DNA from: Antedon mediterranea
Lineage: Eukaryota; Animalia; Echinodermata
Assembly (NCBI RefSeq): GCF_964355755.1
Contig: NC_092680.1
Span: forward strand, 16,501,045-16,565,044
Direction of reading: 5' to 3'
DNA: 64,000 nucleotides
Under the pieces are notes generated by a model. It saw nothing but the letters and a program-made list of their open reading frames with translations. It searched no databases and was not told the DNA's origin. Each line of letters starts with the position of its first letter. Position 1 is the first letter of the stretch. Both the position numbers and the translations under genes were made by a program. Below, one piece after another: positions 28,801-39,105 of this stretch.

Positions 28801-31800
28801 TCAGTAACAATGTCTCATCAGAATCATGTGCAGCATTGGGTGCCATCTTACATTATTTCTTCCTTTCTCAGTTCATATGGATGCTAGTACAGGTAAGTAA
28901 ACTGCCACTAAAAAATGCAAGCAATCATTATTTGGTATTTAATTATTGGGTCGTATGTGTTTTCCCTATATCTTCATTCATTTATCTATGGAAAATTGTT
29001 TCCATTTATTGTCATATGCAAATCAAATATACATAGAAATTATGTTTGCTCCGAGATATACGAAAACAGAAAACAATTACAATTCATAGTGTCGCATCAC
29101 TCTACTGAAAAGCATTTAGTGCTTGAATGGCAGGTGGATAAAAGCTGTTATGAAACCTATCTTGCCTTCCATTTGCTTATAGATACAGTAGAATCCCTAT
29201 TAAGACACCTTCAGGACACAAACAAGTGTCCCTCAATAGGGGTGTCCCTCAAGTGTCCCTCAATAGGGGTGTCCCTCAAGTGTTCCTCAATAGGGGTGTC
29301 CCTCAAGTGTCCCTCAATAGGAGTGTCCCTCAATAGGGGTGTCCCTCAAGTGTCCCTCAATAGGGGTGTCCCTCAAGTGTCCCTCAATAGGGGTGTCCCT
29401 CAAGTGTCCCTCAATAGGAGTGTCCCTCAATAGGGGTGTCCCTCAAGTGTCCCTCAATAGGGGTGTCCCTCAAGAGGGGTGTCCCTCAAGTGTCCCTCAA
29501 TAGGGGTGTCCCTCAAGAGGGGTGTCCCTCAAGAGGGGTGTCCCACAAGTGTCCCTCAATAGGGGTGTCCCTCAAGAGGGGTGTCCCACAAGTGTCCCTC
29601 AAGGGGGGTGTCCCAAAGGAGGAGTTCTACTGTATACAAAATGTCCCCAAATTAACAAACCTTGATGTTTTAAATATTTTCTGCATGGCTTTTAGAGCTT
29701 ATACAGTAGGAATCATGATTGCATCTACATACATTGCAAATAAAGGGGATGGGATTAATAGCATAATCTCACCTGGACTTCGTTAAATAATCATAAATGA
29801 TCCACGACTATGCTGAATAAAGTTGACCATTATGATTTTGTAATACCTCATTTCATTAATATGTTTGATCAAAATGTTAATTAATATACAATTTTTTTTA
29901 GTCAATAAATTTATGGAAGATTCTTGTCTTGAATGATGAGCACACAGACCGGTTCTATGTCCTGTTTTTTGTTTTGGGATGGGGTAAGTTACTTTACTCA
30001 GTTTATCTTTATTTTAAAACAGATTTAAACTATTGTATAATTTTAGTGTAATACAGCCAACTCTCCCAATACCAGACACCTTTAGGATTGCCTAATATGT
30101 CTAGTTATCTAGAAATTCGAGTATTTTGTGTTTTTAATGCGGAAAAAGAATTTGCGACCCCCTGGACCTCAAGAAGTCAGAGTTTCTTGTTATTAGAAGA
30201 GGACTTTTCTATAATATTTTATTACAAATTGATTTCATTGATTGAATGCATTATTTTTAAACAATTATTTTTTTCAAAGGTACACCAGCGGTTGCAATCG
30301 TTGCTTACATCATTATTACTTACTCCATATTTGACTGGCCGTTCCATCAAGATAGCTTACTCATTAATTTGACCAACCCAGAGGTTATTTATGGGGATGT
30401 TCACGGCAATGGTGACATGTAAGTATTTTCCATTGATGTGATAACATTTACACCTCATCTTGCATTAGCCAATCAACACTCGGATTCAAGTCTACCCTGT
30501 TCATGGAGTGATATTATTCTTTACAGCTGTTTTATGCCCAGTGTAAATGCAATGCTTGCCAGTGTTGTTGGACCAGTCGTATTATGTATCATGGCTGTTA
30601 TGACGGTGTTTATTCAAGCATATCTTGTGAAACCACAATGGAAGCGTTACGATGATGTCTACATGGGTAGCTACAATACAACAGGTTAGTTATTATATGT
30701 AATGTTAGTTTTTATATGTAATGTTAGTTTAGGTATAGCAATATGTATTCTACAATTAGTTATTGCCAAAACTAATTTTATTTATGTATACTACTGTATA
30801 CGTATATAAATATGAAAGACATCAATCTCCTAATCTTTAGAGCAAACTTCGGAAGGGTCTAGACCCATGCTTAAGCCTATCAATCTCCTAATCTTTAGAG
30901 CAAACTTCGGAAGGGCCTAGACCCATGCTTAAGCCTATCAATCTCCTAATCTTTAGAGCAAACTTCGGAAGGGCCTAGACCCATGCTTAAGCCTATCAAT
31001 CTCCTAGTCTTTAGAGCAAACTTTGGAAGGGCCTAGACCCATGCTTAAGCCTATCAATCTCCTAATCTTTAGAGCAAACTTTGGAAGGGCCTAGACCCAT
31101 GCTTAAGCCTATCAATCTCCTAATCTTTAGAGCAAACTTTGGAAGGGCCTAGACCCATGCTTAAGCCTATCAATCTCCTAATCTTTAGAGCAAACTTCGG
31201 AAGGGCCTAGACCCATGCTTAAGCCTATCAATCTCCTAATCTTTAGAGCAAACTTTGGAAGGGCCTAGACCCATGCTTAAGCCTATCAATCTCCTAATCT
31301 TTAGAGCAAACTTTGGAAGGGCCTAGACCCATGCTTAAGCCTATCAATCTCCTAATCTTTAGAGCAAACTTCGGAAGGGCCTAGACCCATGCTTAAGCCT
31401 ATCAATCTCCTAATCTTTAGAGCAAACTTCGGAAGGGTCTAGACCCATGCTTAAGCCTATCAATCTCCTAATCTTTAGAGCAAACTTTGGAAGGGCCTAG
31501 ACCCATGCTTAAGCCTATCAATCTCCTAATCTTTAGAGCAAACTTTGGAAGGGCCTAGACCCATGCTTAAGCCTATCAATCTCCTAATCTTTAGAGCAAA
31601 CTTCGGAAGGGCCTAGACCCATGCTTAAGCCTATCAATCTCCTAATCTTTAGAGCAAACTTCGGAAGGGTCTAGACCCATGCTTAAGCCTATCAATCTCC
31701 TAATCTTTAGAGCAAACTTTGGAAGGGCCTAGACCCATGCTTAAGCCTATCAATCTCCTAATCTTTAGAGCAAACTTTGGAAGGGCCTAGACCCATGCTT

Positions 31801-34800
31801 AAGCCTATCAATCTCCTAATCTTTAGAGCAAACTTCGGAAGGGCCTAGACCCATGCTTAAGCCTATCAATCTCATAATCTTTAGAGCAAACTTCGGAAGG
31901 GCCTAGACCCATGCTTAAGCCTATCAATCTCCTAATCTTTAGAGCAAACTTCGGAAGGGTCTAGACCCATGCTTAAGCCTATTTCAATTTTTATTGTAAT
32001 ACATTTGTAAGAATATAATTTGTGTGAAACAACTTCAATACATTTTAGCCAGTCCAGGTGGTCATGTATCAGAGTCAATTGCAAAGACACCGGTGAGGTG
32101 TAAAACCAGTAAGTTAGTGGTTCAAGTCCTGTCCCACTCACTCCTACCGGCTTCTTTCTCTTACCCTCCCTCCCTAACTTTGGACATGTATGGTATGATT
32201 TCGAGCTATTGGACTCTTACTTTCATTCATTTCATTTTTTATATGTATGAATATTTGAACATAATTTAAATCTGGTGTACAGGTACTTTACTTTAATTCT
32301 ACTAAATAATATTGCGCTACAGTTTATTGGCGTGTAAGCATAGAAGATGAGTGTGCCTACCACAAACAGATAATCATTAATTTATTTTTTGTGTTGTATC
32401 AGGTGACTGAAATCTCAACCTTTACTTTCTAACTTATTTTGAATTATTTTTTGGTTAAGATTAGTATTATGTAAACGTAAATTGAGGAATAACCTGCCTT
32501 TGAACTAGGCAGAATTGCACACAGGTGTGGACGACACATACCACAACTGTCTTCTCTCCTAAGGGTTCCTTCGTGTCGACTGCTGCCACCAAACGGCACC
32601 CATTCGTCTGTCCACAGCAACCTTGGTAACGTCCTACCCTTCTGAAAGATGTACTGAGTTCTTTAAAGTGCACAGAAGCTGATGTGTACACTGGACTCCC
32701 AGTTTTAATCTTTATCCAAGAACAATCTACCACCAGAACAATGGTCGAGGAGTGCCTTGAACCTGTGCCGATTCTATTTCTATGATTGTGGTGACCTGCC
32801 TTAACTGCTCGGCCACTCAAATCGACGATATATATTTTGTTAATGCTAATTTGTTTTTTCTACAGAGGTTCGGTTATTGCTGATTTTCTGGATGCTGTTA
32901 ATTCTTACATGGTTGTTTGGAGGCTTACACATGTATTACAGTAAACAATGGATGCTTGTATTATTAGTCCTCTTCAATTTGATTATGGTATGCATTTTTA
33001 TAATGGCATTGTGTTAAGTTACATGGTTATAAACTAGTCATTCTGTGCCTTAATAATTTGAATACACCAATTCAAGTTAGGGATACTGTATAAGGGCGTG
33101 TAAGGGCGTGTGGCGCAGTGTGTTGGACGTTGGACTACCGATCGTCAGACCTAGGTTCGAATCCAACTCTCGCCGCATTGCTTGTATCCGTAGGCAAGAT
33201 ACTTTACTTACGTTGCCTCTCTCCACCCAGGTGTATAAATGGGTACCCAGTTAGATCTAGACGCAACTTTGCGCTGGTTACCGGCTGCATTATGGGAGTA
33301 TGTTTCCATACGTGTTTGATCCCAAAAAAATACTGGGGTAATAATGCTTGTAAAGCGCCTTTGAGCATGATTACTCATGAAAAGGGCGCTATATAAATGT
33401 GGTATTAATATTATTATTATATAAAACAATTGTAATACCTGGTTGATTCATCTTTTAAACCACCTTTATTTAAAGACCTAAAGGCTTTCTCTATAAGTTT
33501 TCCCCATACCAATGTCATTGCTACCGCCTATTGTTAAACCTCAATCTATTAACTCATGCAATCTATTCATCATTTATTACAGGGTTTGTTTGTGTTTCTG
33601 ATTTACACAATTCTACGCAACCAACTCTGCCGTCCTTCTAAAGGCAACTACTCACCTAACTACGTCTACGACAACACTGTTATGCTACTTGAGAGCAGCC
33701 AGTTTGACAGAGCAGGTAATGCTGTGAGTGTCAATAAAACATCACGTCCACCATCATTGTCAAAGGCAGACCAAGCTAGGTTAGCTATGCTAGCCACTGA
33801 AGATGTAAGTTTTTTTAATACCAATATACTTATGCCATACATTAATTCGAACTTTGACCTTTGGCCATGAGAATTATTCTATGCTTGAAATTGAATGGAA
33901 CATCAAGTTTTTTTTTCTGTTTTTTTTTCCTTAAACATTAGAAATGTTTTGAAGAATGAATAATCATTGTTAGTATTATTTATTAATAGAATTTTTAATT
34001 AATTGATCATTAATATGAATAATTTATACTAATGCTAGGTAAGTCATTGTACATGCATTGGGGTTTTTGCATATTATTACTTCATTCTCATTGAGTTACC
34101 TAAAGCTTTTTGAATTTTCATAAGAAATTGGTTAGACTTATACCAAAATGCTTTGGATCAATATCCACATTTTGTTATTTATTTACAATTTTATTATTCA
34201 TGGTATTTTAATCATGTATATTAATTACCACTGTCAATTTGAGAGAGGAGTTTTCATGCAGTTTTTGCAATAGTTCACCGTTATCACATCATTATTGCTG
34301 TACTTTCCCATCATACATACCAGATTCATATTAGTAATAATTATTGTGTTAGTATACAATTGTATCATTGTTGTTATATAAAGTATAATAAATCATTAAG
34401 CGCACTGATCTTCAGGAATTAGCGAAATACAAATCTCTGATATTATTATCATTGTAAATATACTGTTTTAATGTTTTATTACCCAAATTTGTTTTATATT
34501 AATTCACTTTTATTAATTAAATGCACCAACAATTATAATTTTTCAATTCCTTTAAATGAATTGCTGGTTCTGTCAACAGGTTCGGCCGTCTTCTTCTGTT
34601 TCTCAAATTCCCCATCCACCACCACCACCCCTACAAAAGGTGATGTTTCTAAGTTGCTTTCATATATGTTCCTGTATGTGTTTGCTTTTATTCCGCTTGC
34701 ACATGCATTTTTCATTATTTTATTATTCTTACTTTACTCTGTTAATGTAATGTTAATTGGTTTATTAATGTGTAATTGTTTTCGAAACTACTGATTATGA

Positions 34801-36274
34801 TGTATGTATGTTTTCATGTAGTTATATATTTTGTTTAATGTTTTGAGTAGTTGGGTTACTATTCTTAGTTACAATAGGGAGGTTTCGCAACCTTACGAAT
34901 ACGATAACGAAAACAGATACGTCACACATTTGTTAAACTTTTGAGCTGATCCCCATTTCATATTCGTAAAGCGTATTCGTGTTGACGAATATCACCAGTC
35001 ATATTCGTAACTACAAAACGAGTATAGTTTTTGATCTATTTTGCACATTTTGCATTTGAATTAGGAATGAAAATATAATTATAGATTTATTGAACGTAAT
35101 TTACTAAAGTAATTTACTAAAATGCCAAGTCAATTTTGATAAATAGCAGTTTTTAAAGTCCTCACTCGCTTTGATGTTACGCTAGGCCTAGGCAGCCAAG
35201 CACCAAGCAACACGTACCTGCGCTTCGCTCAAATTTACCGCAGTCATATTTTGGACGCGCCTCAATATTTCGATGCCATGCGAAACAGATTTTTTTATGG
35301 CTTACAAAAACGAATACGTGTGCGTGACGTATCCGTTTTCGTTATCGTATTCGTAAGATTGCGAAACCTCTCGAATAACTCTTTTAACTATAATATTATG
35401 TGTAAATTTCAATCGTAGTATTTTGTACACTGTTTGTAATAGATTTATCATTACATTTTTTTGTTGTTTTATATTATCTAGTTTTAGTAATAGTCAGTTT
35501 CTGTATATTTATTTTTTTCTATTGTTCTTAACTATATATGTTTTTAATTTGTATATATTAATATTGGTAATTGTAAATTAATAAGTATATTATATATTGT
35601 TATTAATTGTATTTGTCATTAAAAAAAAATGATAAGATAATAATAATGTCCAAAATGCTGATAGTAAAAAAAATCTAAATAAAATTATTATAATGGTACA
35701 GTATTAATAATTATAGTATTTGTATTTATAGTTGGAATGGGATGCCCAGTCTGTTGGTAACCAGAGCCATCACAGTGTCAGAAGTCGGCAAAGCCAGCGA
35801 AGCAAGCGTTCATCCCTCCAGAATGGCAACATGTATGCACCAGCACCATTTCATCAGAATCCAGTAGTGTCACCTGTTGAACCAAACCCGACACCATCAG
35901 TCCATCAAAACCAGACACAATCGTTCCATCAGAATCCGGCACAATCATTCCATCAGAATCCGACACAATCATTCCATCAAAATCCGGCACAATCATTCCA
36001 TCAGAACCCGACACCATCATTCCATCAGAACCCGGTATTTCCGCCAGAAATCGATGACAAAGATGAAACCGATTCGCAAGATTTTGATGATTTGATATTT
36101 GCACTTAAAACCGGGGGTGCATATAGCCCAGCAAAGGACGATACGTATTCAGACCAACGGTCAACTTCACGCCTTAGTGATTGGCACAATGTGTCACGTG
36201 ACACTGGATCCCAAAATGACCCTGATGACCCCTATGGTTTCCAAAGGATTTCAATCGCTGATACCCACCTTTGA
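1837..36274 (+). CDS. ADGRV1: Adhesion GPCR V1 (VLGR1/GPR98) orthologue, 3' portion; the 5' part lies upstream of the window
   Basis: Exons traced with GT-AG and consistent phase: 1837-2016, 2284-2447, 3004-3097, 3415-3499, 3643-3781, 4093-4234, 4662-4918, 5226-5401, 5862-5986, 6380-6609, 6964-7110, 7252-7520, 7851-7984, 8358-8733, 8966-9170, 9480-9632, 10175-10506, 10908-11037, 11610-11786, 12096-12335, 12539-12661, 12809-12973, 13200-13320, 13600-13723, 13860-13998, 14686-14880, 15039-15150, 15427-15550, 15882-16021, 16420-16859, 17551-17796, 18016-18165, 18330-18553, 18967-19123, 19280-19345, 19492-19588, 19902-20015, 20244-20425, 20940-21119, 21357-21603, 22579-22740, 22881-23215, 23423-23716, 23988-24133, 24325-24526, 24688-24794, 25350-25466, 25715-25822, 26112-26186, 26558-26725, 27241-27403, 27571-27738, 28071-28298, 28776-28892, 29902-29983, 30280-30418, 30527-30684, 32866-32987, 33583-33804, 34580-34639, 35732-36274. 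Many Calx-beta motifs (DDxxPExxExF...GGA...I..ND.PHG.F.F), EAR repeats, GPS (CECDHLSAFAV), 7TM, and DDLIFALKTG...RISIADTHL* as in vertebrate ADGRV1. Confidence 0.96.
4444..4539. mobile_element. Small MITE-like element with ~16-bp terminal inverted repeats
   Basis: ATAGAGTTCTGCGGTG ... CACCGCAGAACTCCAT, GC-rich interior in an AT-rich intron. Confidence 0.65.
5049..5185 (+). mobile_element. Truncated SINE copy (same family as 32470-32827)
   Basis: GGCACAGGTTCTAGGCACTTCTCGACCATTGTTCTGGTGGTAG...GTGTACACATC nearly identical to the reverse complement of 32680-32770. Confidence 0.7.
5610..5803 (+). mobile_element. L2-clade LINE 3' end remnant
   Basis: Translates to GDRTFSVAGPRLWNHLPLNV (typical L2/CR1-group ORF2 C-terminus), then AGCGCCATGAGCA...GGCGCTATATAAAT tail and (ATTG)n microsatellite terminus. 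Confidence 0.8.
6380..8733 (+). other. ADGRV1: EAR/EPTP beta-propeller repeat region of ADGRV1 (5 exons)
   Basis: Repeated F-x-I-x(4)-Y/F-L-V-V-A-N ... S-x-I/V-Y/F-x-W ... F-x-x-x-Q-x-I-x-T-x-G motifs, e.g. SMIYRWQGVFVPVQTIET, TYLVVANH, SVIYKWNIANAQFSQHQTISTPG, interrupting the Calx-beta array as in vertebrate ADGRV1. Confidence 0.85.
8044..8228 (+). mobile_element. 5'-truncated SINE copy (same family as 33101-33420)
   Basis: CTCCACCCAGGTGTTTAAATGGGTATCCAGTTAGATC...GCTGCATTATGGGAGTAT...GTTTGATCCAAAAAA matches 33220-33330. Confidence 0.8.
10660..10797 (-). mobile_element. tRNA-derived SINE head (family of 26860-27100)
   Basis: Reverse strand GTTGTGGAGCTTGGTAGTTAACATGCTTGACTTCCAATCCCAAGGTTCAGGGTTCAATC...ACTCCAC, with degenerate A/B boxes. 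Confidence 0.55.
14484..14592. mobile_element. MITE with perfect 18-bp TIRs
   Basis: CAGTGGCTGTATTCACCA ... TGGTGAATACAGCCACTG around an AT-rich interior. Confidence 0.75.
17419..17503. repeat. Loop-less ~85-bp near-perfect palindrome
   Basis: ATTTTGCCAATAAGAGGCATAACTAAGAATAAAAATGGTTA|TAACCATTTTTATTCTTAGTTA(TAA)TGCCTCTTATTGGCAAAAT; one 3-nt insertion in the right arm. Confidence 0.9.
18654..18752 (+). mobile_element. 3' body/tail of the 5S-derived SINE family (see 59683-59940)
   Basis: GGACCAATTAAGGTGCTTTAAACTCTCCTGGCTTTGTTTGTATCAAACCTGTTAGTGGCGGTAATTATCGCTGTTGGTTTCGATT plus A-rich end matches the reverse complement of 59690-59775. Confidence 0.8.
20468..20645 (+). mobile_element. Degenerate tRNA-derived SINE (family of 26860-27100)
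   Basis: GATGCTTGTCTACCGATTCCAGGGTCCTGGGTTCAAGCC...AAGACTTATAATAAGACTGTTTATGT...CATCCTGTGTATAT...GAATGAAAT...TATGGCTATCCTT, collinear with 26885-27090. Confidence 0.6.
24903..25081. mobile_element. 179-bp PIF/Harbinger-type MITE, TAA target-site duplication
   Basis: TAA|AGCGTGGTTCCCACTAG ... CTAGTGGGAACCAAGCT|TAA with extended subterminal inverted repeats; two more full copies at 41849-42209. Confidence 0.9.
26860..27102 (+). mobile_element. tRNA-derived SINE
   Basis: GGAGTTGTGGCTTAGTGGTTATGATGCTCAGCTACCAATCCAAGGGTTGTGGGT (A box TGGCTTAGTGG, degenerate B box); ends GGTTATCCTTGGCAATAAATCTAAAT; related copies at 10660-10797 and 20468-20645. Confidence 0.7.
29186..29632. mobile_element. Tc1/mariner-pogo-type MITE inflated by an internal GTGTCCCTCAA/TAGGG minisatellite
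   Basis: TA|CAGTAGAA ... TTCTACTG|TA termini; interior built of 11-16-bp units GTGTCCCTCAA(TAGGG). Confidence 0.8.
30821..31980. repeat. Minisatellite, 20 tandem copies of a 58-bp unit, intronic in ADGRV1
   Basis: Unit ATCAATCTCCTAATCTTTAGAGCAAACTT(C/T)GGAAGGG(C/T)CTAGACCCATGCTTAAGCCT; 1160 bp = 20 x 58; no spacers. Confidence 0.98.
32470..32827 (-). mobile_element. Full-length tRNA-derived SINE with a Deu/Nin-like central domain
   Basis: Minus strand GAGTGGCCGAGCAGTTAAGGCA (A box) ... CAGGTTCAAGGC (B-box-like) ... GGATAAAGATTAAAACTGGGAGTCCAGTGT...GCACTTTAAAGAACTCAG, resembling the Deu/Nin core; partial copy at 5049-5185. Domain assignment from memory of the consensus. Confidence 0.7.
33101..33420 (+). 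mobile_element. Full-length tRNA-derived SINE with V/Meta-like core and L2-type tail
   Basis: GGGCGTGTGGCGCAGTG (A box), GGTTCGAATCC (B box), TCCGTAGGCAAGATACTT...CTCTCCACCCAGGTGTATAAATGGGTACC core, AAAGCGCCTTTGAGCATG...GGCGCTATATAAAT tail, (TAT)n end. Confidence 0.85.
34876..35373. mobile_element. ~500-bp MITE with ~50-bp TIRs, AAT flanks (ISL2EU/Harbinger-like)
   Basis: AAT|AGGGAGGTTTCGCAACCTTACGAATACGATAACGAAAACAGATACGTCAC ... GTGACGTATCCGTTTTCGTTATCGTATTCGTAAGATTGCGAAACCTCTCG|AAT. Confidence 0.85.
35849..36038 (+). repeat. Coding 24-bp (8-aa) tandem repeat S-F-H-Q-N-P-x-x in the ADGRV1 cytoplasmic tail
   Basis: SVHQNQTQ SFHQNPAQ SFHQNPTQ SFHQNPAQ SFHQNPTP SFHQNPVF plus an upstream PFHQNPVV. 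Confidence 0.9.
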
Positions 36275-38917
36275 TCTTAATACCAACTTTTCTAATTTCA
36301 AGAAAATATATATTATATGTAAATATGTATTTTTTTAAACAAATGTATTAATTTTTGCTTGTTTGGTTTTTTTTTTTTATTAAATAATAATTTTAACCTG
36401 CTTGGTTTTTGTGTTTATTATTATTAATAACTTTTTTATTTATTGCTTCGTTTTGTACAATGATTTTGTATTCATTTATTACTAATAATTATGTCTATTA
36501 TTATACACTATTATCATCAACATTATAATTTATGGTGTCTCTTTGAAATTAAGATTTGATATAAAGTGTTTACATTAATTTGGGATACGTTAAGAATCAT
36601 TGTTGATCAATGAGTCATTTAAAGTTGTGGTGTTTTTTATATAATATAGTTGGAATTTGTGGTCAATATATAGGGTGACTATGGCTGTCCAGCTATGTCT
36701 TTCAGATACAGTAATGTATATTAGAGGAATGAGCATGTTTGGGTGAAGCAGCCAGGGACTCTCTGGCCCTTCTAGTCATATATGTCTTGTGCAGCTCCAG
36801 ACTTTTAGAGGCACGACTACAGCATAGGATAATTTGTCTAACATACATTCCTATTTGTAATAGATTATAACTTAGCCAAATTTTATTATAATGTAGGTGT
36901 GTGTTTGTGCGTGTATATTAAGAATATATTATAGTAGTTATTTTTTATAGGTTTCAAGGTAATGCAGCAAATAATATTTTATTACATAATAGGTCAAGGG
37001 TTAATGTATTTATATTCTGGTATAACAGAAGAATTGTATAATTATGAATGACAATCATGTGGACTTTAGTAATTTAATATACAAATCTTTAATTTACATT
37101 AATAATATTAGAATTAATTTGCATAACAATGTTATGTTGTATATAAATTATTTAAACAAAATTTAAATTATTTTACAACATGTCACAATCAACTGAATTT
37201 AAAAACATATTTATAATGTAATTTATCTAATATTCTTCTTTACATTACTCGTATGCATGAACATGAGGCTGTTATATATATATGGTAGACCATGAATAGT
37301 TTTTAAAAACCATACCTCTCTTTATAAAACCGTCCACTATTGCTTAATGCTCGAGAAATAAAACGTATTTATAGTTAATACCGTCCAAAAGGAACGTCAA
37401 AATAAATTCTAATCCGTCCGTTTAGAAGTATGTACCGTATTATATTTGACTTTAAACTGTACTTTCATCTAACTCAAAATTGTCTCCTTAAGCCGTCCAT
37501 TTTTTATATTGTCCATAAAGACTTGATGAAATGAAATGACATTTATTTCATTCATTTATTAATTTTAATTATTTCAACATATATTGTTCATAGTGTAAGT
37601 GACGATTTTAAAACTTACGCCATATTCATAATGTAAAGTATTAGTTGATTTCAGTACATTAAACATTCCAGCAACAAATCAAATCGTATTATTCTATGAA
37701 TACGATATACGTTGGAAAAATATATCTTAAACCAAATATTATGTGTTCCTACTTCATAGCCTACTTTATAGTATTAATTTACGTTCTTGAAATTGTAATA
37801 ATGTTTTATAGATTCTTTCATTCTGTAACCCACATTCCATCCATTTAATCACCTTGAGTCTCTTTTAACTTTTATCCTAATGGTTTTATAATATTAGCTT
37901 ATCAGATTTTGTAATTAAATTGTACTTAATAGTTTCTTATGAATGCCGATGTGCTGTCCGCAATATGTATCTGCTTTGAAATGATTTTGAATTTGAAACA
38001 TTTTATCTAATATTGTTTTGTATGGTGTATTTTTTTTGGTTTTTTTATATATACGTGTTGTAACGGGTTGGTGTTTTCGCGTTCCATAGTGTCTTATTTC
38101 TGCGTTTTATATTTACAGAGACAAATGTATTCAATGCCTGCTATTACGTCAGAAAGCGGATTATTTACACAAGGCATACTGTACTATGGCTTGAATTGTT
38201 CAATATCTGTTTGAAAGGCAAACAATTGGTAACAAAATGCTGTACACCACAAGGTTGTAGCCTACGTAAATCTCCCGTTTTAGCGCGTTGCGCATGTCTC
38301 ATCATGTTTCAGCAATACAATACAACTTATGACTAACCCGGAGCTTAATTATTGATTAACAATTACGTTTCTAAACCCACAATCCGGTTGTTGTGGTTTA
38401 ATGTATATATTCATAAATTTGATAACTTTATTTCGTCCACATAGGAAAATATTTTGAGTGCTTTTCACAAAATTGTACAAAAATTTATAAAAACGTTTCA
38501 TATAAAAAAAATTAATTACAATATTTAAAAACACTATATATTATTTAACAATGTACAAGTATGAACATAAGACTACAATTAACTAAATAAAAAATAAAAA
38601 GCTGCAATACATCAAAAATTATGCAAAATCATTTAACAGTCTAATAGAATACGGAACAAAAGAATTAAAATATCGCATAACCCTACTATTGCACGATCTC
38701 AGCACATTTAGTCATTTAATCCGGTTATAAACAAAAACAAGCGTTGAATTTGTGGAATTAAATTTAGACAGTTGCTGTTAGACTTCGGCCTAGCCTAGCA
38801 GTGTCCGATACAAGAAAGAGTTTTAATTTTTATTGATTAAAAGGTAAGAATGAATAATAATATTGTTATAATTAACCATAATCATAGTATAGTAGCCCTA
38901 TCTACCATACATGTGTA

Positions 38918-38945
38918 CATAGAGATATTATATAATATCTCTATG
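38918..38945. repeat. Perfect 28-bp palindrome
   Basis: CATAGAGATATTAT|ATAATATCTCTATG, 160 bp upstream of the ATG of the kinase-less receptor. Confidence 0.9.
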
Positions 38946-39105
38946 ATGTGTAGTAATATAGGTCTAAAGACCAAACCCATATTTCAATAGACCGCACTGA
39001 ATTTTAACTGGATCATCTATTTGGATCATAATTCACTATCTCATCCAGTGTTGTTTTTGTAAAATGAATTGTTATTGTTGTTAACTTGCTATAGATACTA
39101 TCGTA

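Larger units (their letters stand above)
27571..33804 (+). other. ADGRV1: GAIN/GPS and 7TM region of ADGRV1
   Basis: AECVIF...WLSTFCEA|RIETGYVECECDHL-SAFAVLA followed by hydrophobic helices (CAALGAILHYFFLSQFIWMLVQ, FYVLFFVLGWG, CFMPSVNAMLASVVGPV, GLFVFLIYTILRNQLC). Confidence 0.9.

Noticed and set aside
28915-29786. ORFs of 172 and 116 aa
   Set aside because: Read through the MITE minisatellite within an ADGRV1 intron.
30821-31980. CRISPR-like array
   Set aside because: Units abut with no unique spacers, no cas genes, eukaryotic intron.
32467-32820. 117-aa minus-strand ORF
   Set aside because: Coincides with a SINE copy; no coding signature.
33101-33175. tRNA gene
   Set aside because: A and B boxes are present but no convincing cloverleaf, and it continues into a SINE body.
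35778-36104. Alternative-frame and antisense ORFs over the last ADGRV1 exon
   Set aside because: Shadows of the 24-bp coding repeat.
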